43,808 bases of DNA from Candidatus Susulua stagnicola (lineage in GTDB: Bacteria; Omnitrophota; Gorgyraeia; Duberdicusellales; 4484-171): NCBI GenBank assembly GCA_030765735.1, contig JAVCBZ010000051.1, forward strand, positions 1 to 43,808. Direction: 5' to 3'. Under the pieces are notes generated by a model. The model was not told the DNA's origin and made no database searches. It was given only the letters and a program-made list of their open reading frames with translations. Positions 1-7,174 of this stretch are shown in pieces. The stretch's first letter is position 1. The number at the start of each line of letters is the position of its first letter. Position numbers and translations under genes: made by a program.

Positions 1-1
1 A

Positions 2-463
2 GCTGGAGGCATATTTGATGGAGGAGATGTTGCTAGATTTTTTAAATTAGGCGCCCAAGGAGTACAAATAGCAACTCGGTTCGTTACTACCAAAGAGTGT
101 TCTGTGGCAGATGAATTTAAGGAATTATACTTAAGAGCTAACGAAGAAGATGTAGTTATTATAGATAGTCCGGTTGGTTTACCGGGAAGAGCGATAAAAA
201 CTGCTTTTATTGAAAAAATAATGCGTGGAGAAAAGGATCCTATCAAATGTTTGTACAAATGTCTTATAACTTGTGATTCTGCAACAGCTCCTTACTGCAT
301 AGCTAAAGCTTTGTGCAATGCCTCAGTCGGTGATTTGGATAATGCGATTGTCTTTGCTGGGAGCAATGTGTCGCGGATTAAGAAAATTGTTTCAGTGAAA
401 GAACTGATGGATGATATTGTTAGCCGTGCAATCGAAGAACTAGATAAGACAGCAGTGGAATAA
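2..463 (+). CDS. 3' part of an NMO/FabK-like FMN oxidoreductase (nitronate monooxygenase / enoyl-ACP reductase II family); the 5' end lies outside the window
   Basis: The frame is open from the window edge, so the GTG at 104 in the ORF track is internal. AGGIFDGGDVARFFKLGAQGVQIATRFVTTKEC...DSPVGLPGRAIKT resembles the C-terminal barrel segment of this family. Confidence 0.7.
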   Translation, partial: AGGIFDGGDVARFFKLGAQGVQIATRFVTTKECSVADEFKELYLRANEEDVVIIDSPVGLPGRAIKTAFIEKIMRGEKDPIKCLYKCLITCDSATAPYCIAKALCNASVGDLDNAIVFAGSNVSRIKKIVSVKELMDDIVSRAIEELDKTAVE

Positions 464-512
464 TCATTGGTAGATAGTGAGCCAAATTTCAAAACAGTTT
501 CCGTTAGTATGA

Positions 513-608
513 TTAGATAATTACGTTATGATGCCTAATCATATAGATGGAATAATAATTATTAAAAATCGGGATAACGATATAAAAAACGTATGTGTAC
601 AGGTGTGA
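513..608 (+). pseudogene. ~30-codon relic of an IS200-like / REP-associated tyrosine transposase (Y1 HUH family)
   Basis: Open frame LDNYVMMPNHIDGIIIIKNRDNDIKNVCVQV*. The block YVxMPNH(I/V)H(G/L)II is the HUH-motif region of IS200/RAYT transposases. Here the second His is replaced (HID), a stop lies at 510-512, and nothing remains of the rest of the protein. Confidence 0.45.
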
Positions 609-669
609 TTTATTTTGTCTATGAATATTGTAAATGTTGGTTGTTAATTATTTTGGTTAATAGATGATG

Positions 670-695
670 AAAATCTATATTAAGACATTCGGCTG
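670..695 (+). repeat. Left copy of a perfect 26-bp direct repeat (AAAATCTATATTAAGACATTCGGCTG), a pseudo-5'-end of miaB
   Basis: Identical to 1875-1900. It is preceded by ATGATG, so it reads MMKIYIKTFG* and then stops. Confidence 0.9.
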
Positions 696-775
696 ACCGT
701 ATGCGCAAATTCCGTACGATGATTTTGAAAATAATAAAAATTATGTACAATGATGAAAATTGAAGGAAAAAGATA

Positions 776-1753
776 ATGAATGAAAAAATAAAACCAGCTG
801 CTAGTGGTAAAGTTGTTTTATACAAAACAGGTTTGCAAGTACAACTGAAGGAAGAAACTGTATGGCTTTCACAATCACAAATGTGCGATCTTTTTGATAA
901 AAATAAAAGAACAATATCCGAGCATATACGCAACATATTTAAAGAGAATGAATTGTCAGAATCTTCAGTTGTCCGGAAATTCCGGACAACTGCGAAGGAT
1001 GGCAAAGTATATAATGTTTCTTTCTATAACCTTGATGCAATTATTTCTATTGGCTACAGAGTAAAGTCACAAAAAGGCACACAATTTCGTATCTGGGCTA
1101 CAAAAGTATTGAAACAGCATCTTATTGAAGGTTACACAATCAATGAAAAACGTTTTAAAAAACAAGAGCAAAAATATCTCGAACTTAAAAATGTCGTTAA
1201 CTTGATTGGCAATGTTGTGCAGATAGAAAGCTTGCCTCTAGAAGCAAAAGGATTGGCGCAAGTAATTTCAGAATATACGAGGGCTCTTGATATTTTAGAT
1301 GATTTTGATCATAAAAAATTATCTGTACCCAAAGGTACAAAAAAGGCTAAATTTGAATTAACCTATGAAGAAGCTCGAAAAATAATTGAAGCAATGAAAA
1401 AGAAGTTTAAAGACTCTGATCTTGTAGGACAAGAAAAGGATAAAAGTTTTCAGAGCTCAATTGGCGCGATCTATCAAACATTTGGAAAAAAGGATGTCTA
1501 TTCAACGATTGAAGAAAAAGCAGCGCATTTATTATATTTCGTTACAAAGAATCACAGTTTTATCGATGGCAATAAGCGCATTGCAGCAGCTTTGTTCGTC
1601 TGCTTTTTACAAAAAAATGGTATTATGAATCGAAAAAACGGCGAGAAACGGATTGATAATAATGCGCTTGTAGCTTTAACCCTCATGATCGCCTCTAGCA
1701 ATCCGAAAGAAAAGAATATTATGGTGAAGGTAATCATGAATTTGATATGTTAA
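776..1753 (+). CDS. RhuM-like N-terminal domain fused to a Doc-type Fic/DOC domain (toxin-like)
   Basis: The N-terminus (VVRKFRTTAKDGKVYNVSFYNLDAIISIGYRVKSQKGTQFRIWATKVL) is the RhuM-family signature. The C-terminus (EEKAAHLLYFVTKNHSFIDGNKRIAAALFVCFLQKNG) carries the Doc-type motif HxFx[DN][AG]NKR. Confidence 0.85.
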   Translation: MNEKIKPAASGKVVLYKTGLQVQLKEETVWLSQSQMCDLFDKNKRTISEHIRNIFKENELSESSVVRKFRTTAKDGKVYNVSFYNLDAIISIGYRVKSQKGTQFRIWATKVLKQHLIEGYTINEKRFKKQEQKYLELKNVVNLIGNVVQIESLPLEAKGLAQVISEYTRALDILDDFDHKKLSVPKGTKKAKFELTYEEARKIIEAMKKKFKDSDLVGQEKDKSFQSSIGAIYQTFGKKDVYSTIEEKAAHLLYFVTKNHSFIDGNKRIAAALFVCFLQKNGIMNRKNGEKRIDNNALVALTLMIASSNPKEKNIMVKVIMNLIC

Positions 1754-1767
1754 TAAAAGGGGTAATA

Positions 1768-1790
1768 AAAGGGGTCAACTCCCTTTTCTT
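1768..1790 (+). terminator. Hairpin AAAGGGGTCAACTCCCTTT plus T-tract; copy 1 of a 19-nt repeated hairpin element
   Basis: AAAGGG/CCCTTT stem followed by TTTTCTT, 15 nt after the Fic stop. The same 19-mer occurs at 24557-24575 (+) and 24787-24805 (-). Confidence 0.65.
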
Positions 1791-1851
1791 CAACAATTGC
1801 GCTTATCCGAGCTAACCAAACTCAAAAATAGCTTATCAATTCAGTACATTC

Positions 1852-1860
1852 TGGTATAAT
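1852..1860 (+). promoter_or_regulatory. Extended -10 element TGGTATAAT directly upstream of miaB
   Basis: TGnTATAAT ends 8 nt before the miaB ATG, and no Shine-Dalgarno sequence lies between them. That implies a leaderless or near-leaderless miaB transcript. Confidence 0.4.
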
Positions 1861-1868
1861 GCCTGTCT

Positions 1869-2999
1869 ATGCCTAAAATCTATATTAAGACATTCGGCTG
1901 TCAGATGAATAAGCGAGATTCAGAAGCTCTCCTGGGGCTATTTGTTGATAAAGGGTATACAATAGCTACTGATGCTAAGGAAGCTGACGTAGTCTTGGTT
2001 AATACTTGTTCTGTGCGTGCTCATGCTGAAGATCGAGCAAGGTCTTATTTAGGAAGCTTTAAGAAAAAGGGGACAGTCCCCATTCGGGGACAGTCCCCGA
2101 TTATTGGCCTTATTGGGTGTATGGCAAAAAATAAGGGAGAAGAGTTATACGAAAGAATGCCTCATATTGATTTAATTTGTGCTCCAGCTAACCTTTCTAA
2201 AATACCTGAGTATGTAGAAAGGATAAAGGAAGAAGGAGCAAGGATAAAGGATCTTGAGGATAAGGAAAGAGAAGAAGACTTTTACAAAGCCGCATTTCGA
2301 CAAGATTCTAGCCATGCTCAGGTAGTAATTTCAACTGGTTGTTCTAATTTTTGTTCTTATTGCGTTGTTCCTTTTGTTCGTGGTAGATTACGATTGCGCA
2401 AGCCTAAAGATATAATTAATGAGGTAAAACGAAACATTTCTTTAGGGATAAAGAATATTACTCTTTTAGGCCAAAATGTAAATGATTATAAATTTAGCTT
2501 AGAAAAAAATCAAGTGAGCTTTGTCGATTTGTTAAGAATGGTTGAAGAGACCAAAGGTCTAGAAAATTTGGATTTTATTACTGCTGGACCAAGAAATACT
2601 TCAAAAGAATTGTTTACATTTATAGCATCTTCTTCTAAAATAAAAAAGCATCTTCACTTGCCTTTTCAGTCTGGTTCTAATCGGATTTTAAAGTTAATGA
2701 AGAGAGGGTATACTAGGGAGAAGTATTTAAAACTTATAGATAGTTATAAAAAAATTGTTGGTAGTACTGTAAGCACAGATGTAATCGTTGGCTTTCCAAC
2801 TGAGAGCGATGATGATTTTAATCAAACTAAGGATATTTTAGAGAGGGTTAGATTTAGTCATGCTTTTATCTTTAAATATTCTCCACGAAGTGCAGCTAAG
2901 AGCTTTAATTTAGTTGATGATGTGCCAAAAGAAATAAAGATAAAACATCATAAGATATTATTGGATTTACAGAAGAAAATATCACTCGGAGCGTGTTAA
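1869..2999 (+). CDS. miaB: tRNA (i6A37) methylthiotransferase MiaB, apparently without the C-terminal TRAM domain
   Basis: MPKIYIKTFGCQMNKRDSE (UPF0004 domain) and the radical-SAM motif GCSNFCSYCVVP. At 376 aa it ends about where TRAM normally begins. Confidence 0.85.
   Translation: MPKIYIKTFGCQMNKRDSEALLGLFVDKGYTIATDAKEADVVLVNTCSVRAHAEDRARSYLGSFKKKGTVPIRGQSPIIGLIGCMAKNKGEELYERMPHIDLICAPANLSKIPEYVERIKEEGARIKDLEDKEREEDFYKAAFRQDSSHAQVVISTGCSNFCSYCVVPFVRGRLRLRKPKDIINEVKRNISLGIKNITLLGQNVNDYKFSLEKNQVSFVDLLRMVEETKGLENLDFITAGPRNTSKELFTFIASSSKIKKHLHLPFQSGSNRILKLMKRGYTREKYLKLIDSYKKIVGSTVSTDVIVGFPTESDDDFNQTKDILERVRFSHAFIFKYSPRSAAKSFNLVDDVPKEIKIKHHKILLDLQKKISLGAC
1875..1900 (+). repeat. Right copy of the 26-bp direct repeat (codons 3-11 of miaB)
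   Basis: Identical to 670-695. Confidence 0.9.
2069..2102 (+). repeat. Tandem 17-nt units, each containing the palindrome GGGGACAGTCCCC, inside miaB
   Basis: GGGGACAGTCCCCATTC (2069-2085) and GGGGACAGTCCCCGATT (2086-2102). They encode GTVPIRGQSPI. Confidence 0.85.
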
Positions 3000-3745
3000 T
3001 GAGTAGACGGGTAAATGGGTTGATCAGATTTTACATTTTTATATTTTTATTCTTTTTCTCATCAACGGCTTTTGCTTTGTCTATAACTGATGCCCATAAA
3101 GATTATCTTTATGGTAATTACGATGATGCAATAGCTAAAGCTTTAAAATTACCTGATAGTGATGAAGCCATTTACTTCTTAGGTTTATCTTATACGAAGA
3201 TTGCTAATTATTCTAAGGCTAGACCATTTTTTCGTAAGCTTATTAGACATTATCCAAAGTCTAAATTTTATGATTTAAGCATGGTTAAGTTGGCTGATAC
3301 TTATTTTTTTGAAAAAGATTATTCTCAGGCTAAAGCTCTTTATCTTGAAATGGAAGAAAGGGATCCTAATCGCAACACTATGCCTTTAGTTTTTTTAAGG
3401 CTTGCGCAAATGGCTAGTCGTCAAGGAGCTTGGAGTGAGAAAGAAAAATATCTACGCAAAATAAAAAATAAGTACCCTAAGTCTAGTGAGATGAAATTTG
3501 TTCAAGTGTTGGAAGATTTAGGAGATTTTTTTACCATACAAGTAGGGGCTTTTAGTGTTAAAGATAATGCTCTTTTGTTAATTGAAGAATTAAAAGATGA
3601 GTATTCTCCATATATTATTAAAGAAAAAAAAGGTAGTTATCTTCTTTATAAGGTACGTGTTGGTAAATTTAGGAAACGTTATGATGTTGAAAAAGCTTTT
3701 TCGAATTTACTTGATAAAGGGTATCCAGCCAAAATCTATCCTTAA
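2999..3745 (+). CDS. Secreted or membrane-anchored TPR-repeat protein with a C-terminal SPOR (peptidoglycan-binding) domain
   Basis: Hydrophobic N-terminus and TPR-like helices. The C-terminus FTIQVGAFSVKDNALLLIEELK...YKVRVGKFRKRYDVEKAFSNL fits the SPOR pattern. The ATG at 2999 overlaps the miaB stop (TAATG). Confidence 0.7.
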   Translation: MSRRVNGLIRFYIFIFLFFFSSTAFALSITDAHKDYLYGNYDDAIAKALKLPDSDEAIYFLGLSYTKIANYSKARPFFRKLIRHYPKSKFYDLSMVKLADTYFFEKDYSQAKALYLEMEERDPNRNTMPLVFLRLAQMASRQGAWSEKEKYLRKIKNKYPKSSEMKFVQVLEDLGDFFTIQVGAFSVKDNALLLIEELKDEYSPYIIKEKKGSYLLYKVRVGKFRKRYDVEKAFSNLLDKGYPAKIYP

Positions 3746-3750
3746 AGTGT

Positions 3751-4665
3751 ATGCCTAAAATTATTTTTATTGTTGGTCCCACTGCAACAGGAAAAACGGA
3801 AGTTAGTTTTTTATTAGCTAAAAAGCTTGGTGCTGAGATTGTTTCAGCTGATGCTATGGTTGTATACAAAGAGCCAAGTATTATAACTTCAAAACCCCAA
3901 GCTAAGATGCTAGAAGATGTAAAGCATCATTTTGTTGGTATGGTTTCGACTCAAGAAAGTTATAGTGTTTTTGATTATTCTTCTTTAGCTTCTAAAGTAA
4001 TAGAAGATTTAGCTAAAAAAAATATTTCAGTTATTGTATCCGGAGGTAGTGGTCTTTATTTAAAGGCAATTTTAGACGGTATATTTGAAGGTCCAGGTAA
4101 GGATGAAAATTTAAGAAAAGAATTAACTGAAATAGCCAAAACTAAAGGTAACCAATATTTATATCATAAATTGCAGAAGATTGACACAGAGAGTGCAAAA
4201 AAGATTTCTCTTAATGATCTAAGAAGAATAATTAGGGCCTTAGAGGTTCATTCATTATGCGGCCAAAAAATGTCTGAGAAGAAAAAAGAAGCCACTGGGC
4301 TTTGGGGTAAGTTGTCAATTGAGATTTTTGGCTTGCGGTTTAAACGCGATAATCTTTATCAACGGATAAACATCAGAGCTGATCAGATGTTTGAGCAAGG
4401 GGCTGTAGCTGAAGTAAAAGAGCTAATAAATACCAAGTTAAGTCTTACTGCTAAGAAAATACTTGGTATAATTGAGATAGAAGGCTTTTTGAAAGGAGAA
4501 TTAAGTCAGGAAGAATCTAAAGAGATGATGAAAAAGAATACTCGTAATTTTGCTAAGCGACAAGTTACTTGGTTTAAGAAAGATAAGCGTATCCAGTGGA
4601 TAGATGCAGATGAATTGAGTAGCGAGCAAATAGCAGATGAGATATTAAGGAGAAGTAATGACTAA
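3751..4665 (+). CDS. miaA: tRNA dimethylallyltransferase
   Basis: IFIVGPTATGKT P-loop, then SADAMVVYKE...ITSKP, with family-typical length. Confidence 0.9.
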   Translation: MPKIIFIVGPTATGKTEVSFLLAKKLGAEIVSADAMVVYKEPSIITSKPQAKMLEDVKHHFVGMVSTQESYSVFDYSSLASKVIEDLAKKNISVIVSGGSGLYLKAILDGIFEGPGKDENLRKELTEIAKTKGNQYLYHKLQKIDTESAKKISLNDLRRIIRALEVHSLCGQKMSEKKKEATGLWGKLSIEIFGLRFKRDNLYQRINIRADQMFEQGAVAEVKELINTKLSLTAKKILGIIEIEGFLKGELSQEESKEMMKKNTRNFAKRQVTWFKKDKRIQWIDADELSSEQIADEILRRSND

Positions 4666-5938
4666 AAACATGCATCAAACTGAAAAGCTAGAAAAAGCTT
4701 TATTGGTAGTCAGTAAGGCTGGTGATGAGGTGTGGACTCAGGAAGCTTTAGGGCAAGAACTTAAAAGTTTAGTAAGTTCAGCTGGAGTTGAAGTTTTGGA
4801 AGTGATTAGTTTTAATCTTGGTAAAATAAATCCGGCATTTTATATTGGTAAAGGTAAAGTTGAAGAGATTGCTGATAAGGTTAAAGAAATAGAGGCTAGT
4901 GTAGTTATTTTTAATAGTGATCTTCATTTTGCCCAGCAGCGTAATATAGAGGATGCTTTAGGTGTTAAGACAATTGATCGTACTCAGCTTATATTAGATA
5001 TATTCGCTGGGCATGCTCAAACCCAGGAAGGTATTTTGCAGGTTGAGCTGGCTCAATTAGAATATCTCCTGCCTCGACTTAGAGGCCAAGGCATAGCTTT
5101 ATCACGCTTAGGTGGGGGAATTGGTACTCGTGGTCCAGGTGAGAAGAAGCTAGAAGTTGATAAAAGAAGAATAACTGATCATATAGGATATTTAAAAAAA
5201 GATTTAAAATTAATAATTACTCATCGGGCAACGCAGCGTAAAAAAAGAAAAAAACAAGGAGTAAACACTTGTTCTTTGGTTGGTTATACTAATGCTGGTA
5301 AAACAACTCTTTTTAATACTTTGTCGGGAGATGATCAAAGAACTTCCTCAATCCTTTTTACTACTCTTGATACTGTAACTCGTATACTTGCTTTAAGCGG
5401 AAATTCAAAAATAGTTTTATCTGATACAGTAGGTTTTATTTATAAATTGCCTTTAAAATTGATTGATGCTTTTAAAGCTACTTTAGAAGAATTAAATTAT
5501 GCAGATGTCATTTTACACGTTATTGATTCTGGCAATAGTGATATAGAAAAAATAAAAAACTCAGTAGAAGATACTTTAAATAGTCTTAAGCTAAATGAAA
5601 AACCTACTATTGTGATTTTTAATAAGATTGATACAATACCTTATTATAGATTAGAGCAGTTAAAAGAAAAGTATCCAGAGAGCATTTTTGTTTCAGCGCT
5701 TAAATCTGAAGGTTTAGAAAGCTTAAAAGAAGAAATACATCGTTTAGTTTTTAAAGATATGGTTGAGGCGGCAGTAGACGTGCCGTTTGTACGTATGGAT
5801 ATTTCGTCTTTCCTTCACGATAAGTGTGAAGTTTTAGATATTGAATATTTGCAAGATAAAGTTATTTTTAAAATAAGGGCTAATGTAGATAGATTAGCTT
5901 ATATAAAGAAACAAGGGTTGGATGTTAGAGAGACATAA
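4658..5938 (+). CDS. hflX: GTPase HflX
   Basis: HflX N-domain (DRTQLILDIFAGHAQTQEGILQVELAQLEYLLPRL), G1 motif GYTNAGKTTLFN, DTVGF and NKID. AAGGAG RBS; overlaps the miaA end by 8 nt. Confidence 0.9.
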   Translation: MTKNMHQTEKLEKALLVVSKAGDEVWTQEALGQELKSLVSSAGVEVLEVISFNLGKINPAFYIGKGKVEEIADKVKEIEASVVIFNSDLHFAQQRNIEDALGVKTIDRTQLILDIFAGHAQTQEGILQVELAQLEYLLPRLRGQGIALSRLGGGIGTRGPGEKKLEVDKRRITDHIGYLKKDLKLIITHRATQRKKRKKQGVNTCSLVGYTNAGKTTLFNTLSGDDQRTSSILFTTLDTVTRILALSGNSKIVLSDTVGFIYKLPLKLIDAFKATLEELNYADVILHVIDSGNSDIEKIKNSVEDTLNSLKLNEKPTIVIFNKIDTIPYYRLEQLKEKYPESIFVSALKSEGLESLKEEIHRLVFKDMVEAAVDVPFVRMDISSFLHDKCEVLDIEYLQDKVIFKIRANVDRLAYIKKQGLDVRET

Positions 5939-5948
5939 TTAATTTGAC

Positions 5949-5975
5949 CTTAGGTTTTATAAAAACCTAAGTTTT
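5949..5975 (+). terminator. Rho-independent terminator after hflX
   Basis: CTTAGGTTTT-ATA-AAAACCTAAG (10-bp stem) followed by TTTT. Confidence 0.7.
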
Positions 5976-5989
5976 ACAAAGGGGGTAAA

Positions 5990-6340
5990 ATGAGAGTAGA
6001 TACATCGTTTAAGTATTTTAAAAAAAGTGATTTTATAAATAATGTTATCGAGAACAATCTTAAGAAAATAAAACGACGAATTCAAATATTTAGTCAAGAT
6101 GATCCAATCCATATATCGATTCATATTGAAAAAAATCCTCACAAAGATCAGTTTTTTTGCCGTTCACATCTTTACTTACCGACCTCAAAGGTGTTAGTGG
6201 CTGATGAGAAAGCTAAAGAAGCATCGCTATCAATAAACAAGGCTTTTTCAGCTCTTTCACGACAGTTGAGCAAGGAAAAGCATAAGAAACATAACCATCA
6301 CAGAAGGCCAAAGCAGAAGTTAGAGCCGGATTTTGAATAA
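5990..6340 (+). CDS. Ribosome hibernation factor, HPF/YfiA (RaiA) family, short form
   Basis: Its length and pattern (...IHISIHIEKNPHKDQFFCRSHLYLPTSKVLVADEKAKEASLSINKAFSALSRQLSKEKHK) parallel E. coli YfiA/HPF. Preceded by a GGGGG RBS. Confidence 0.65.
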   Translation: MRVDTSFKYFKKSDFINNVIENNLKKIKRRIQIFSQDDPIHISIHIEKNPHKDQFFCRSHLYLPTSKVLVADEKAKEASLSINKAFSALSRQLSKEKHKKHNHHRRPKQKLEPDFE

Positions 6341-6354
6341 AAAAATAATTTTGC

Positions 6355-6383
6355 TTGACGAGATGGTAGTGGCATGTTACCAT
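6355..6383 (+). promoter_or_regulatory. Putative sigma-70 type promoter of the hrcA operon (TTGACG-17-TACCAT)
   Basis: The -35 TTGACG is at 6355-6360 and a weak -10 at 6378-6383, immediately abutting CIRCE. Confidence 0.45.
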
Positions 6384-6385
6384 AG

Positions 6386-6412
6386 TTAGCACTCTAGGTC
6401 AAAGAGTGCTAA
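6386..6412. promoter_or_regulatory. CIRCE operator (HrcA binding site)
   Basis: Perfect consensus TTAGCACTC-N9-GAGTGCTAA, located 16 nt upstream of hrcA. Confidence 0.95.
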
Positions 6413-6427
6413 TAAGAAGGATTGACG

Positions 6428-7168
6428 ATGACTAGATCAGTAGATATTAAAAATAGGGAAAGAGAGATTTTAGGTTTGATTATTGATAGTTATATTGAAG
6501 AATCGAAGCCAATAAGCTCTGCCTATATTTGTCAAAAATATCATTTAGCTTGTTCAACAGCCACAATAAGAAATATTATGGTTTTGCTTGAGAAGCAAGG
6601 TTTTCTTTCTCATTTATATACTTCTTCAGGAAGAGTTCCTACTCAAGAAGGTTTTAGGTGTTATGTTGAAAACTGTGATAGACAAAATGATTCTCAAGAA
6701 TATTCAATAAGTTTAGATTCTTATGCTTCGTCTCAACCAAGTATAGAAGATGTTATCAGTCATACCTTAGATGCTTTAGTGCAACTTAGTGGCTATACTT
6801 CCTTGATGGCTGTTTCTGGTAGAGACGAGAAGATTTTTTTTCGAGGTATGAGATTCATGCTAGAGCAGCCAGAATTTGAAGATGTTAGAAGACTTAAAGA
6901 TATTTTTTATACTTTGGAAGTAAAAATGGGAGCATTGCAGAATTTGTTTTTTGATTCTATTGATGATGGAATTAGAATATTAATTGGTGATGATATTGGC
7001 TTTGAAGAAATTGCTGATTGTTCGTTAGTTATATCTGGACTTAGAGATAAGGACCTCTCATTTGCTTTTGCACTTCTTGGTCCAATGAGAATGAATTATA
7101 ACAAAGCGACATCATCTTTGCAGTCAGTAAGAAATAGGCTTAAAGAAACAGTTGAAGAGTTTATATAG
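6428..7168 (+). CDS. hrcA: Heat-inducible transcription repressor HrcA (short, ~246 aa)
   Basis: N-terminal wHTH (REREILGLIIDSYIEESKPISSAYICQKY...TIRNIMVLLEKQGFL...SSGRVPT). Sits in an hrcA-grpE-dnaK-dnaJ context with CIRCE. The ATG at 6428 has a better RBS than the TTG at 6422. Confidence 0.85.
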   Translation: MTRSVDIKNREREILGLIIDSYIEESKPISSAYICQKYHLACSTATIRNIMVLLEKQGFLSHLYTSSGRVPTQEGFRCYVENCDRQNDSQEYSISLDSYASSQPSIEDVISHTLDALVQLSGYTSLMAVSGRDEKIFFRGMRFMLEQPEFEDVRRLKDIFYTLEVKMGALQNLFFDSIDDGIRILIGDDIGFEEIADCSLVISGLRDKDLSFAFALLGPMRMNYNKATSSLQSVRNRLKETVEEFI

Positions 7169-7174
7169 GAAAAT

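Noticed and set aside
104-463. GTG at 104 as the start of the first ORF
   Set aside because: The frame is open to the window edge, and the upstream translation continues the same protein family, so the gene is truncated by the window.
292-492. Minus-strand ORFs in the track: 292-492, 619-1005, 1552-1737, 3669-3869, 5957-6142, 7096-7284, 8494-8730, 12751-13089, 14012-14200, 15012-15194, 15354-15647, 15887-16072, 16322-16618, 16794-16976, 21902-22162, 23681-23884, 25310-25618, 25922-26191, 26297-26662, 27096-27332, 27957-28139, 28146-28349, 30860-31096, 32342-32752, 34293-34586, 34647-34850, 34938-35129, 41842-42195, 42799-43110
   Set aside because: Each lies antisense to, or overlaps, a + strand gene with clear family signatures. 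Their translations are low-complexity (Ser/Leu/Ile/Phe-rich) with no recognisable motifs or RBS, which is typical of shadow ORFs in AT-rich DNA.
2993-2998. GTG at 2993 as the start of the TPR-SPOR gene, and similar upstream TTG/GTG starts in the track (6422, 23216, 27166, 30299, 31446, 39664)
   Set aside because: In each case an in-frame ATG a few codons downstream gives a better RBS spacing or the family-typical N-terminus. Coordinates were adjusted accordingly, but they remain predictions.
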